Shown: positions 11,581 through 24,937, counted from the stretch's first letter. The stretch is 64,000 nucleotides of DNA from Octopus sinensis (GCF_006345805.1 NC_042997.1:196044001-196108000); one strand, 5' to 3'. Notes: generated by a model from the sequence alone, not told the origin. Numbers and translations: made by a program.

Positions 11581-11965
11581 GGTATTTTATCTGTCGCTAC
11601 GTTCTGAGTTCAAATTCCGCCGAAGTCGACTTTGCCGTTCATCCTTTCGGAGTCGATAAATTAAGTACCAGTTACCACTGGGATCGATTTAATCGACTTA
11701 ATCCCTTTGTCTGTCCTTGTTTGTCCTCTCTGTCTTTAGCCCCTTGTGGGCAATAAAGAAATAAGAAACGTTAGCACGCCGGGCGAAATGCTTAGCAGTA
11801 TTTCGTCTTTCTTTACGTTTTGATTGTAAATTTCGCCGAGGTCGACTTTGGCTTTCATCCTTTTGGGGTCGATAAATTAAGAACCAGTTGCGTACTGGGG
11901 TCCATTTAATTGAGTGGCGCCCTCCCCCAAAATTTCGTGCTTTGTGCCTAGAGTAGAAAAGAATA
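11581..11965 (+). mobile_element. SINE-B tandem units (two 5'-truncated units with different tails)
   Basis: Unit 1 starts ggtatttt at 11581 and ends in the Tx1-type tail. Unit 2 starts gaaacgttagc at ~11765 and ends ccccaaaatttcgtgctttgtgcctagagtagaaaag. Confidence 0.88.
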
Positions 11966-12672
11966 GATCGACACAGGAATTTTATCAGCGCAAGAAAGAT
12001 GTTGATCACGACGGGATTTGAACGCAGAACGTGCGAAACAGAAGTACAACAACAATAGTATTAACAACAATAATAAAATAAAAATAATAGTGAATAACTA
12101 TCTTATTTAGATCTTCCTCATTGAACAGAAGGAAACGTGTTGTTGGATTAATTTAGCATATCAACATCATTCATTGGAACGTCTCGTTTGAATACTTTTT
12201 CCGTTTTTTTTTTAAACAGTCTAAAAAAATATCATTGTGCTAGAAGCTTCTTTATACGGATTTTGCTCCATTGTGACATTTGACAATTTTATTAAGAGAT
12301 TAGCCATTTTAATCTAATTTCAATATAGTTATAGTTATTACTTTTTTTTTCTTTGTGACGCCAAATAAATCCGGAATTCCGATTGTACTGATATAACATG
12401 GCCAAATGTTAATAATTATGTTAAACAGAATTTGTCCATTCATACGATATGGTTGTGTGAGTTCGCACCTCGAGACGAATCTACACATCCTACGCAGTTC
12501 TTTTATTTATTTTCTTTTTCATCTACGAATTATTCAAGAAAGAGTTGTGGATATCAGCAACAAAATATGCCTTACAAGTGGCTTAGAAGGGTCAAGTTAA
12601 AACGATTTCTGAATTCTAATATCTGGATTCCAGTGGACTAAGCGGACCCGGAGCAAACACGAGGAGGGAAGG

Positions 12673-12717
12673 TGTCGCTGATGAGGACTCAGATGTGGGG
12701 CGAAAGATTTCCGGGCA
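12673..12717 (+). ncRNA. Decayed minimal hammerhead motif
   Basis: tgtcg-CTGATGA-g..ctca gatg tggg..c-GAAA-gatt-TC-cgggca; core complete, stems imperfect. Confidence 0.4.
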
Positions 12718-12849
12718 ATGGATATGAGTTGAAATGAGGACTGTAGTAAACGAGTGAAGAACGAATATATAGTGCGTGTGTTTGTTTGGCATGACACAAA
12801 AGAAAAAAAGAATTGACAAACCCGAAATACAATATATCTTTTCTGTTTA

Positions 12850-13060
12850 TTTTTTTTTTTTGTTTCAGTTATTAAACTGTGGTCAAGCTAGGGCACCACC
12901 TTCAAGTGTTTAGGCAAACAAATCGCCCCGAGTACTTTTTTCTTAAAGTATGCTAATTATTCTATCATACCATTGTTGTCGACGAACAGCTGAGTGACGG
13001 GAATGTAAAAAGACAACACCGTTTATCAAGTAGTGTAGAGATAAGCACAAAGGCAAATAT
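12850..13060 (-). mobile_element. SINE-A 3' half, decayed
   Basis: tgtttcagtta..ctgtggtcaagctagggcaccacc..aaatcg..tattctatc. Confidence 0.65.
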
Positions 13061-13097
13061 ACACACACATATATTTATATGTGTATATATATACATT

Positions 13098-13147
<50 letters not shown>

Positions 13148-13153
13148 CACACA

Positions 13154-13188
<35 letters not shown>

Positions 13189-13819
13189 CTGTTTTAACTT
13201 AAAATATCTATTCACTTTGTTAACGACCGCCTGGATTACTATGACTAAGTCTTAGACAACACTTTAGACCCTAAGAGACCAATAACCAAGGGTTCACTTT
13301 ATTGTCGACGGCAAACTTGAAAACTGTGTCTGAAACTCGCTGCAGAGAAAGTGGTGCAAGGGATATTTTGCTAAAAGAACACGGCAATACTAGTTCTCTA
13401 CCGTTCCTTAGCACCCTACGTGAACTATATCAGCTTGGAAGATTTTAGTATTATTTAGTTATATATTACAATGTTTTAAGCTTCGAAATTGGTTCCCTTA
13501 TCGTTTTGTTGCTATTCCGAACTCTCTAATCAAAGACGTTGTCACCAGCTGCTTGTGCGTTTAGATATAGTATATCTAGAACTGATACATTATCTATATA
13601 ATCCCTTGTGTAACTTCTTAATCAACGTTATTATATGCGTATTCTCATTTTCAAATGATAGTGTGATTTGAGGGAGGTTTACTTACTGTTCAGATCACAT
13701 CGCGCGACAGTTCCATATGAGCATCTTCTATCGCTTATAGAGAGAGAGAATGGTGTCTATTTTGTGCGTAACTTAAGCAGTATTCAAAACTTCTTAATAG
13801 TATTTTGATCTTATCTCAG

Positions 13820-13845
13820 AGGCGCCGTTCAACAATATGAACCCG
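13820..13845 (+). CDS. Candidate 26-nt micro-exon
   Basis: ttgatcttatctcag acceptor and strong ccg|GTGAGT donor; frame undetermined. Confidence 0.3.
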
Positions 13846-14128
13846 GTGAGTCAACATGGCGACTTAGTTTCATTTCCGATTTCTTTCACTTCACTTATAC
13901 AATCATTGCCCAAGGACGTGTCAATTATACACGGGGTTTCTATGCCCAACTGAAGATAATTCAATCTGTTGATCTGGGAGAATGCAGTAGTACATAAAGA
14001 TCGGCAATCTTTTTTTCTTTTAATTTACATATATATATATATATATATATATCGTTCGTTTCTTTCATCAGTTGAATGAAAGTGAAAATATAATCGACAC
14101 ATGCCAAAACAGCAGCTGTATAAGAATA

Positions 14129-14183
<55 letters not shown>

Positions 14184-14252
14184 GCATACATATATACATA
14201 CATGTATATATATGCATATAAATGTTTAAACATGTATATATATATATATATG

Positions 14253-14290
<38 letters not shown>

Positions 14291-14834
14291 ATACACACAT
14301 CTATACATATATATATATATATATATAAACACATATGCACATATATGTTGGTATGTATGCGTGTATAATCTATATCTATCTATATACATGTATATATGTG
14401 TGTATACATAGGTGTATTTGTATATGCATGCATATGTGTCTATATGCATACATGTATGCATCCATGTATGTATTTATGTACGTATGTATGAATGTATCCA
14501 TGTGTGGGAATGTATCTATGTATATATATATATATATATATAGATAGATAGATAGATAGATAGATAGATGTATGTATGTATATATGTATATATATATATA
14601 TCAATTGATGAAGCAGATGGGAAAACGTGAGATAAACGAGAGAATAATGTATACAGAGGAATTGCAGATAAGAGTTCGAGTGACACTGTTTCTAAACGAT
14701 ATATGATAGAAATGAAATTGAATTATTTTCGCTTTTTTAAAATTAATTTACTTTAAGCAAAAAGTATTGGTTGTTAAATAAATAAGATTTCGCAAGCTAT
14801 TGACAGGTGAAATAAAGGTAAGATAGTTTTTACT

Positions 14835-14934
14835 NNNNNNNNNNNNNNNNNNNNNNNNNNNNNNNNNNNNNNNNNNNNNNNNNNNNNNNNNNNNNNNNNN
14901 NNNNNNNNNNNNNNNNNNNNNNNNNNNNNNNNNN
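14835..14934. other. Assembly gap (100 N)
   Basis: Run of n. Confidence 0.99.
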
Positions 14935-15899
14935 TATATTTAGTGGGGTTTTTTTTCGTATGTGTGTGTGTCTATTTTTCTGTCAGAAGCTAGAATGAAG
15001 AAATATCTGCTGTGTTGACGACAAATAGAGCTTAATCAGCATAAAGTAATATATTCCAATTTTATTCCAGCTATTCTGAAATTTTGTACTTACACCATTT
15101 GACATTTATACAAATGGAAGGCATCCAGGAATTTGAAGTTGTTTAAGTTGGATGAGTACCTGTCGGAATCCAAGGAGTTCTTGTCATAAAGATGGTGACA
15201 TCCGCCGTACAATCAGTCAAAATGTTAGATTTTATAACTTACGGATGTTTCCTATTGGCTACCTGGCGATTCTCAGTGCAGTTCGAAAGATATAGAGGGG
15301 GGTCTAAGAAATTATCGGAAAATATCGGCACAGAAACGAATGTGGTTAAGAAACTTGCTTAACACTTACATGGTTGCGGTATCGCTTTCACCGCGTCGGT
15401 CTTAGGAAGTGTCTTTTACTCCAACCGCAGAACCACCAATCCATCGTGACTACGTGAAAACCCGTTATATATATATATAAGAGATATATAATATATATAT
15501 CTTTCATCTAGTTTCGCTGTTACGCTAGAATTCATGACGGTATGTGAATTTAAAGTTCTGAGGTTATTCACTAATGTAGAGAGATTTTGTCCAACATCCA
15601 ATGATTTCTATGTAATGAACTCTCCCAGAAGAAGATCCAAATATTTGAAACATTTACTGTTTTATTTATGAGCAATAGTATACGTGGTTCTGAAATTTAT
15701 TTGTGAACATTGAAGTAAGAGACGGATATTTGGACAGAATTTGAGAGTCATCTCATTTAACTCTGGATGTTAGTTTCCATATTTATATTTGTATTAATCA
15801 ATCGTTCTCAGCTGAGAATTTACTATAGCCAATTTAAAGTAATACATTGGTATAATCACCTGTTTTCCCACCTATTTCAATAACTGTTCTCATACTAGT

Positions 15900-16360
15900 T
15901 GACAGCATTAATGAACTGGCAAGGAAGCAGAGAGAGAGATGACACTTTGAGGTAAGCACTACGATCATTTGTTGTACCGTGCAAAATTTGACAGAAACTG
16001 CCTACAAGCTGCAGTGGTATTTGATACAGAATGCGATTGGTTTTACTCATATCTCTCAATGGCAAATCCAGTTCTTCAAGGGTGATCTTGTGTACCATTG
16101 CGCATTCATTCTTCACAATTAATTGACAAATTTGAAGAGACCTCCTTTGATGGAAGCTTCGCCAATTCCGCAACAGTACTAACTTGTTAAGTCGCACGGT
16201 TGCTTCAAATTTATCTGCCAAGTGCCGTAACATTTCCACAGAATGTTTGTAGCAAGGGCGATTCCTGTAGTAAGGGCTACAGAAGCGGCTCTTGCTGTAG
16301 AAAATAGCTTTTCGGGCTCTTTGTTCCACACCGCCTCACAAACCGTTTTCGCTTGTCTGT
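15900..16360 (-). pseudogene. Helitron PIF1-family helicase remnant
   Basis: SVALTTGIALA (cf. AVASSGIAA) and LQICQLIVKNECAMVHKITLEELDLPLRD..LVGSFCQIL (cf. LIVWDECTMAHK..GDFRQ.LP); frameshifted. Confidence 0.75.
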
Positions 16361-16513
16361 TTGGTAGAAGAGTCCGATGGAATAAAGGGAAGTCCTGAGA
16401 TCTGTTTGTTAAACCGACGCCTAAGTTAACCGGTAACGGAAACAAGTAAACAGAGTAATAAAAAAGGAACGATGCGCACACATGTGGATACACACACTCA
16501 CAGACACACACAT

Positions 16514-16544
<31 letters not shown>

Positions 16545-16835
16545 AAATACATATATATACATATACATATATATATATATATACATATATACATACACAT
16601 ATTATATATATAGATATATATAATATATATATAGTAGCTTAGTAGTAACAGAAAAGAGGATTTTAGTTGTCCCACGTGATGGATTGTAATGTATATGAGA
16701 AATTAAAAAAGGAAAATACGCACACCTTACATGGTTTTAATATAATTTTTTATATATCGACCGGTTTCGCTATCGCTATCATAATATAATGTTTAATTTA
16801 TATGAAAATATATTTTTTCTTAAGAGGAATTTGGT

Positions 16836-16868
<33 letters not shown>

Positions 16869-17273
16869 ATATATATATATATATATAGGAAAAATAGAAG
16901 CTGAAAATGACACAGAGGGAATAGTTAAAATAATTTTTATTAAAATATTTGAAGCGTTAACCGGTTTCAAAATTTACATTGATTTTCAAAAAGTTCAAAT
17001 AGAAAGATGTGATTTGTGTCGCAGCTGACTTACTTCTGACTAGTGTTTGAAGTTTTGCCCTGTTTTTATAGGGAATCCATGGCTCAAATTAGTATGTTTT
17101 GAATAGGATTTTATAGGTAGAAGATAGTGATATGACTGATATTGGAAATTTGTGTGCGTGCGTACGTGCGTAGGTGTGTGTGTGCGTGTGTGTGTGCGTG
17201 TGCGTGTGTGTTGCAAATATTTTATCGCTATTTTAGTTGGGACAATCGTCAAAATTGCTGATATTGGGTGAAG

Positions 17274-17686
17274 CGGCTATGTGATAAGTAGCTTGCTTGC
17301 CAACCACATGGTTCCGGGTTCAGTCCCACTGCGTGGTACCTTGGGCAAGTATCTTCTACTATAGCCTCGGGCCGACCAAAGCCTTATGAGTGGATTTGGT
17401 CGAAAGAAACTGAAAGAAGCCCGTCGTATATATGTATATATATATACATATATATATGTGTGTGTGTGTATGTTTGTGTGTCTGTGTTTGTCCCCCCCCC
17501 AACATCGCTGGACAACCGATTCTCGTGTGTTTACGTCCCCGTAACTTAGCGGTTCGGCAAAAGGGCCGATAGAATAAGTACTAGGCTTACAAAGAATAAT
17601 TCCTGGGGGCCGATTTGCTCGACTAAAGGTGGTGCTCCAGCATAGCCACACACATATGACTGAATCAAGTAAAAGAGTAAAAGAGT
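17274..17686 (+). mobile_element. SINE-A, near full length
   Basis: Head, core ccttgggcaagt, (TG)n, tail gctccagcatagcc..gtaaaagagtaaaagag. Confidence 0.92.
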
Positions 17687-18361
17687 ATATGGTTGATCAG
17701 AGTCCGTGGAAGCCGCCTTGCCTGCATTGTGTGTGATATTTTATGCAATATCCCAATTCGAAAGAAAAAAAAATCTATTGAATTTTTTTTATTTCTGATC
17801 TCTTTATACTTAAGACATTCTTTACGAATCATCGATTTAGTTAAATATGTGTAAAGCCATTGTGTAAAATATGTGAATATTATAGCCTTTTAGTATTAAA
17901 AAAAATTGATAAGAAAAAATATTTAAGGTTGTAAAATTCAAAATTGTTAAAAGCAACACAATAAGCAGAAAATTTCATAAGTATCATGTGTAAATATTAT
18001 TAGCAAGAAAAACAGATTAACGTGAAGGAAACTTAAAGCTATTCTATCTTCATTGTTATTTAATTCTACTTTGCAGCCATTTTAATGTGCAAAGTTTTCG
18101 TGTGGATATAAATATTACTGTAGATTCATGAGAATATAATGGAGAATTATAAAGCAGTAAAAGTCTGCTGTAGTTTGTCGTTGTTCTTTAAATCCCGGTT
18201 AGCCCCCGTCGAAGAAGACGAATTATGAAATCTGTTCTAATTAGGGCTCTTCTCTTATGTTTAGGTATCCTGCATTATCTGAAGTGTCTTTTTCCTTTAT
18301 AAGAACAGTAGACTACTATATGAGGTAATTTCTAGCTGCTATTTTCAGTAAGTCGATACTA

Positions 18362-18536
18362 GGCGTAGGAGTGGCTGTGTGGTAAGTGGCTTGCTTACCA
18401 CCACATGGTTCCGGGTTCAGTCCCACTGCGTGGCACCTCGGGCAAGTGTCCTCTACTATAGCATGGGGCCGATCAAAGCATTGTAAGTGAATTTGGTAGA
18501 CAGAAAACTGAAAGAAGCCCGTCGTATGTATGTATA

Positions 18537-18586
<50 letters not shown>

Positions 18587-18815
18587 TTGTGTGTGTCTGT
18601 GTGTGTGTATAACTGTTTGTGTGTCTGTGTTTGTCTCCCAAACATCGTTTGTCAGCCGATGGTGGTGTGTTTACGTCCCCGTAACTTAGCAGTTCGGCAA
18701 AATAGACCGATAAGTACTAGGCTTACAAAGAATAAGTCCTGGGGTAGATTTGCTTGACTAAAGGCATTGCTGCAGCATGGGCACAGTCAAATGACTGAAA
18801 CAAGTAAAAAAGTAA
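18362..18815 (+). mobile_element. SINE-A, full length
   Basis: Starts ggcgtaggagtggctgtgtggtaag, ends gactgaaacaagtaaaa. Confidence 0.92.
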
Positions 18816-19024
18816 AATAATGAGATAGAGATTCATTAACTTCATTTAGCGTTTCGATTCTAAAAGAATAACCCAACCACAAATGAGTATGACCTCGTTG
18901 TATGTACTGTGTTTTCCCTAATTATTTTAGGTACCGATGCCCTCGCTAACAGGCATGAATACACCGTCCGTTCCTCTACCCTGGCAACAAAGCGATATCC
19001 AGCTTGAGAGTAGACATGATTGCA

Positions 19025-19116
19025 TCAGTGGCAATGAACCCGAAACCATATGGTTGGTAAGCAAGCTACTTACCACACAGCCACTCTTGTGCCTATACAC
19101 AGCCACTCCTCCGCCT
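19025..19116 (-). mobile_element. SINE-A head fragment
   Basis: gaacccgaaaccatatggttggtaagcaagctacttaccacacagccactc, with a short internal duplication. Confidence 0.75.
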
Positions 19117-19149
19117 ATATTCAACGAATAGGTCAGTAAATATAACTAG

Positions 19150-19470
19150 AAATGCGTATAAGGAAACCTCGTGATATATTGTCTCCCTTTTCTCGACATC
19201 CTGAATATATCCGTTGACATCTTTTGCAACACATCATGGTTTTAGGGTATATTTAGCGTACTTCATTCTATTGCAGAAACTCAGACCAGTCTCTCATTTA
19301 AATTTACCACAAGGGTTTTGATTCTCTCCCACCTCCCTCATACTATTAGTCTTGGATATGCTCTACAATACTAAGTCATTAAAAGAGCAAAATTGTTCTG
19401 GAGACTATTCCAATCATATTCTGATATTATTCTGGCCTTATCAGTGAAGCATATCCATCACTGAATATGA
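19150..19470 (-). mobile_element. Highly decayed CR1-group LINE remnant
   Basis: Minus translation YASLIRP resembles LY.SL.RP.LEY; weak. Confidence 0.35.
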
Positions 19471-20379
19471 TGGCGGAACCTACTGCATTATGGAAAAGGG
19501 TTCGTTGATCAAGTAAAATATATTCATTAATTTATATTCGATAACCATTTGTTGATCTAAAAATATAATAAAAATGCTAATTTTATCACCAAAGATTCGT
19601 ACATCAATATTAATATCCCAGAGTGAATAGTAAAGCTCAATATATTTATAAATAATTAAACACATACACGCACGCACGCATGCTTATGCACACAGACTCG
19701 TATGTATGTATGTATGTATGTATGTATGTATGTATGTATGTATGTATGTATGTATGTATGTATGTATGTATGTATGTATGCATATATGTATGAGACTATC
19801 TTCAGATTTCTGTATAACTTTTTAGTTTACAAAATAAACCAGATTATATTAGAATAAAATATCAAACGCTAGTGAATATGATTAAGTCAAATACATAAGC
19901 AGTTAATTATTCTAATTTTGATATAGATTTACCTTTCTTATAAAATAGAACTTCCCAGAAGATAAAAAATGAAAGGCCTAAGCATTTTGTATATGGGAAT
20001 CCGACATAATGAAGGGTGAAAAAATCGACGATGTATAATGCGGACGACATTTCTAAAAAAAATATATTACGCGTTTTAATATAATTACCCTCAGAACCTT
20101 GTTTCTGCATGAAATATTGTGCACCTCAGTGACAATTAGAGCTATGCCAGCAGGGTGCATGCTCTTGGCAGGATTACCCATGCTGGAGAGGTCAAAGATA
20201 GAGGGAAGACTGGTGACGACCACCATTTCCCAGGATAAAAATAGGTTTGCGTAGAACCGGCACCCTTACCAGGAAAAAGCAAAGTTACAGAAATATCGAT
20301 GACAATTCAAAATCAAAAACATTTAGGAGAGGAAAGCTTTAGGATTCTTGCAGAACACAGGATAGCACTTTCCTCTCCT

Positions 20380-21660
20380 TAGACAATGCAAGTATCAATT
20401 CAGTATCTTTCAGCCGCTTTGGTAGTTCTTTGAATGTTGTGTCATGTTTACCAAACACTAAAGGAATAACTTCTGTCGTAGTCTTTCACAATATATTCAG
20501 CTCTCTGGCTCGGTCTTGATATTTCTCAGTTCTTTTTTATTTCATTGATGTCATAAGATAATGCAATGTACTTGACCTTGCACTACTTATTCGTTTCATC
20601 TTCTTTAATCATGACCGGTCTTCTTGGTTCAGCGGAATGGTTAGTATTTATGGAGATGTCACATACAATCCTGCAATTCGTAAAATCCATCAAAATTTCC
20701 AGTTCGTGTTCATAGCTATTTTGTTACTCTGAATAAATACATGCTCTCAGCAAACAGCATTGAAAAGGTTGCAAGACGCAACGAAAATTTTAGAACAATA
20801 TAAATAATAAAACCGTGGAAATTATACCGTTGAGTTACATAATAAGGCACAAAAAAGAAAATGACTCTCCTCAGACACAATAGAATATGCTTCAACACAC
20901 GATCTCATATAAAGAATCTTGCGAACCAAATCCAAAATCCCAATGCACTATTTTACCAAAAAGTCATGCCTGCGCTAATAAACTCTTTTGTGCTAGCTTA
21001 CTGCATTCCTCAGGAGATGATAAGCACTTTCGTCTCCTTCCCTACAGAATCTTCATTTGCTCTCTGAATCTGTTTCACCAATCATTGCCGCTATCAAATT
21101 CGTCCTAATGGCTTGAACTCGAGTTGGTATAATTGGCGATCCGGATTCTTTCTCCAATGTGTTGGTCGGTCAGCCACAACCAACGTTAATTATCTCCAGC
21201 ATCCGATGCTTGTCACATGATTTGGCCATGCACTTCTGTCTCTTGTTCGTTTAACGCTCAAGTTACTTGTTCCATTGTTCTTTCTGTCTTTCTCAAGAGT
21301 GATTTACACAGTCAGAATCTGCCAGCGCCAAGTTTAGTCTTCAATCGACATTTGGTAAATATTTTCGTCTCTTTTCCACAGATTCTTCATTTGCTCTCTG
21401 ACTGTGTTTTACCAATCATCGCCTTTATCAAATTCGCCCTAATAGCCTGTCCTTGAGTTGGTATAATTAGCGATTCGGATTCTTTTCCCAATGTTTTTGT
21501 CGATTAATTGTCGCTAACATCCGAGGTTTGTTGCATGAGTTGGCCATGCACTTCCATCTATTTCCAGCTACTTGTTCCGTTGTTCTTCCCGTCTTTTCCT
21601 ACAGTGATTTACAAAATCAGCATCTATACAAACGAAGTTTAGTCTTCAATCGACAATTGT
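20380..21660 (-). mobile_element. R4/Dong-like LINE remnant (zinc knuckle and restriction-like endonuclease region) with internal tandem duplication
   Basis: Minus translation QAIRTNLIAAMI..K*RFC..E..YH..ECSKLAQ..HD..KIVHWD and CDISINTNHSAEPRRP..EKYQD. The ~335-bp unit 21028-21355 recurs at 21362-21658. Confidence 0.72.
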
Positions 21661-22183
21661 CTGGGGCTTATGCAAATTTATGTCAACCATTAATGACAAT
21701 AACAGCGTTTCACGTCAGATATTGTTTAAACGAAACAGCCAAAACAAACGTTTAATCATAATCACACCTATGCTTCAGACGTCGATAATATAAGTAGCAT
21801 ACAAATTCTGGATTCGATTCAATCAACAAATTCCTATCCCTGAGAATTGTGGCTTCCTCCGCAACCAAGAGATCAATATTATGTTACGACGTTAAATAAC
21901 AAAAACTAACAATAATGAAAATAGATTAAACTCCATCTTTCTTTAACTCACAGTATGCTTAGTATTCGTAGCTTTTTAATGATTGCGTGTATCAGTTTAT
22001 ATCTTTAAAATGTTAGTTTGTAATTGATCAATTTTCCGCTAACATAAATATATTATTATACGTATATTTTATGACTATATATGACATTGATAGATATTAT
22101 TTATATCGATCTGTATGTTTGTACAGGCTCTCATGTCGAAAATAATATAGATTCATATATACGTAGACATATGTATAAATATG

Positions 22184-22221
<38 letters not shown>

Positions 22222-22579
22222 TATATGTGTGAGTGTGTATGTATGTATATGTATATATATATATATATAAATATAAATACAGATACATATACAAATATAT
22301 ATATGTATATATATATGCATATATACATATATATATGTATGTATGTATGTATATATATGTATATATACATACATATATATATATATGTACGTATAGATAG
22401 ATATATATGTATGTATATATATATATATATATGTCCCAAATAATTCTGCACCTTCTGCAGGTGATATCGAGCGATAAGAAATTTCATACTATTCTTCATC
22501 TTATGATAATTCCTCAGCTTATCGAAAAACGAAATGGTTGGAGACTTGTTCGTTTAATGCACAAGAATTCATATAAACC

Positions 22580-22610
22580 AATAACAATAATAATAATAAT
22601 GATAATAACG

Positions 22611-22647
<37 letters not shown>

Positions 22648-22695
22648 TAATAACAATAATAACAATAATAACAATAATAATAATAATAATAATAA

Positions 22696-22783
<88 letters not shown>
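22580..22783. repeat. (TAA)n/(TAG)n trinucleotide microsatellite
   Basis: Direct reading. Confidence 0.95.
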
Positions 22784-23248
22784 TAGTGTTTGATGACGTG
22801 GTTCGTTTTTGTGGCTATTGGATTCTAATATTTGAAAAGTAGTTGTTTTCTATCTGAGAGTACGTATCAGAATTATATATAGCATGTTTAACGTAAGTAT
22901 CGTTATAAAATCAAAGGTGTTATGATAAAATCACGAAATTTATTGAGACAAGCTGTAATTTACGGAAAACCATTCATAAACAGCAATGCTATTACTTTAA
23001 AGTAAAATTACGTGATTTTTTAAGACTAAATCTTTCTCTCAAAATTTCACATCTCTGTGTACGCATGCATATGGACATATAAGCAACCACAGAAACAAAC
23101 ACACACAAACACATACACACTCATATATATGTGTAGATACATGTGTACATATCCATAAGTGGGCATTTACATGTATGTTTGGACATAAACATACTCCCAT
23201 AGTTCAACACATATGTGCATAGATAGATAGATAGATAGAGAGAGAGAG

Positions 23249-23284
<36 letters not shown>

Positions 23285-23340
23285 GACAGGCTGGCAGACA
23301 GACAGAGATCATTGTGTATATATTATTTTGTAACTACACA

Positions 23341-23845
23341 CAGGCTGCGGTGAATAAATTGTCGTCTAAATTACGCAAGAATAAAAAAGACCCTGATATC
23401 TCATTTTAATAGTTATATTTATCAAAGTTACATTAACATTATCTTGAAATACTAAAGAGTAAATTTAATCAATAAAATCGATATTGGCTTCCACCACAGC
23501 CTCCAGGCAACTTCGGAATCTTCTGCAACTCTTCTGGACGGTTTTCTTCTTTAAGTTGGTGAATACAACCATAATCCATGCCTTCAGTTCATCTTTGGTG
23601 TTATAACTGCTCCCCTTCAGTCCACCTTTTGTGTTGCTACAGCGCCCCACACATACTAATCAAGAAGGTTGCAGTCTGGGGAGTTAGGTGGCCAGATGTT
23701 AGGGGTGTATCGGCGCAGAAATTGTCTGACAGCCATGACTGGCTTCTCCTGCCTGTGTGGCATGGTTCAGAGTCCTGTTGCCAGATATGGCGTCTTCAAG
23801 AAGCCACCCTCTTGGCTCAGTCTGCACTACCTACTCCAGGAGGTT
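23341..23845 (-). mobile_element. Tc1/mariner (maT, DD37D-like) 3' fragment
   Basis: NIWPPNSPDCN..YVWG and KSCRRFRSCLEAVVEANIDFID*; TIR-like end caggctgcggtgaataaattgtcg. Confidence 0.8.
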
Positions 23846-23857
23846 GATAGGAAATAG

Positions 23858-24275
23858 GCGAGCTACTGGGAGAAGCGACAAGAACTGAAGCTCTACTCCT
23901 TGTAGAGAAATTTTGGGAAAGGTATGCAGTGATATACATATGGAAGATCCTCAATAGTCTAGCTCCCAAGTTTGGAATTAAAGACTATACCAAAGACCCA
24001 GTATTGCAACAGCTTGGGTTTCATGGGGCTACAACTGTTTAACATAATGCCTACGAGATCTGCAAGGTGTAGACGTGGAACTATTCAAAACGTACCTGAA
24101 CAAATTTGTATTTGAAATCCCAGATGAGCCCACATTGCGGCAGGAGGCAGAAAGAAGAGCAGTTTCGTCCAACTCATTCTTTCACCAAAAGCAGTACCGA
24201 AAAGAGACCCTAAAACTCTGAGAGGTGGTGCTTCAGCATGGCCCAGCCTCTTGGTAAAACCAGGAAGCTTAAAAA
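23858..24275 (+). mobile_element. CR1-group LINE 3' end
   Basis: SYWEKRQELKLYSL, LQLFNIMP, VELFKTYLNKFVFEIPDEP..SNS; tail ggtggtgcttcagcatggcc. Confidence 0.75.
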
Positions 24276-24499
24276 AGAATATATAAAAACACTTATACAT
24301 GTATATATGTGACTGTATATATATACAAATAATATATACATACACACCCACATGCACACAAACATACACACACACATATATAAATGTATATATATATACA
24401 TGTATACATATATGTATATACATATATGTATATATGTATATACATATATATATACATATATGTATATATGTATATATATACATATATACATAAAACGAG

Positions 24500-24790
24500 A
24501 CAGATGAGTGACAACCTGGCCACTGGTAGTGGTGTAACACACCATACTAATCATATCTGTCGGGCATGTGGAAGAGAGTGTAATTCGGCAGGAGGACTTA
24601 AACGACATGCAAAGGGACATGAAGCCCAGTTACAACTACAGCCGGCTATTACTAGTAAAGGTCTTAGTTGCCAATTTTGTACAAGACATTGTAGATCTTT
24701 AGCTGGGCTAAAAAGTCACATTCGACCACAGCACCAGTAACAGCTAAGCTTCTTGCAATGGGCATACTTGATAAAGAGGGGGCAGCCATA
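24500..24790 (+). mobile_element. RTE-type LINE terminus encoding two C2H2 fingers
   Basis: CRACGRECNSAGGLKRHAKGH and CQFCTRHCRSLAGLKSHIRPQH*, then a short UTR ending gagggggcagccat, embedded in (TA)n. Confidence 0.6.
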
Positions 24791-24892
24791 ATATAATATA
24801 TATATATATATTATAATACATTCATCATGTGTGTGTGTATATATATATATTATATAATATATATACACACACACATGTATGAATGTATATAT

Positions 24893-24937
<45 letters not shown>

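Noticed and set aside
14835-14934. Continuity across the N-run
   Set aside because: Placeholder gap of unknown true size; distances and gene models spanning it are uncertain.
16755-16972. GAAACCGGTY half-motifs on the minus strand (a similar one lies on plus near 36390)
   Set aside because: The first half of the hammerhead core is missing; probable Penelope debris but not callable.
20140-20320. Possible RTE-type 5' leader
   Set aside because: The resemblance is from memory only and too decayed to support.
24384-24740. Host C2H2 zinc-finger gene
   Set aside because: The ORF start lies in a microsatellite, there are no TGEKP linkers and the 3' end is LINE-like; kept as a retroelement terminus.
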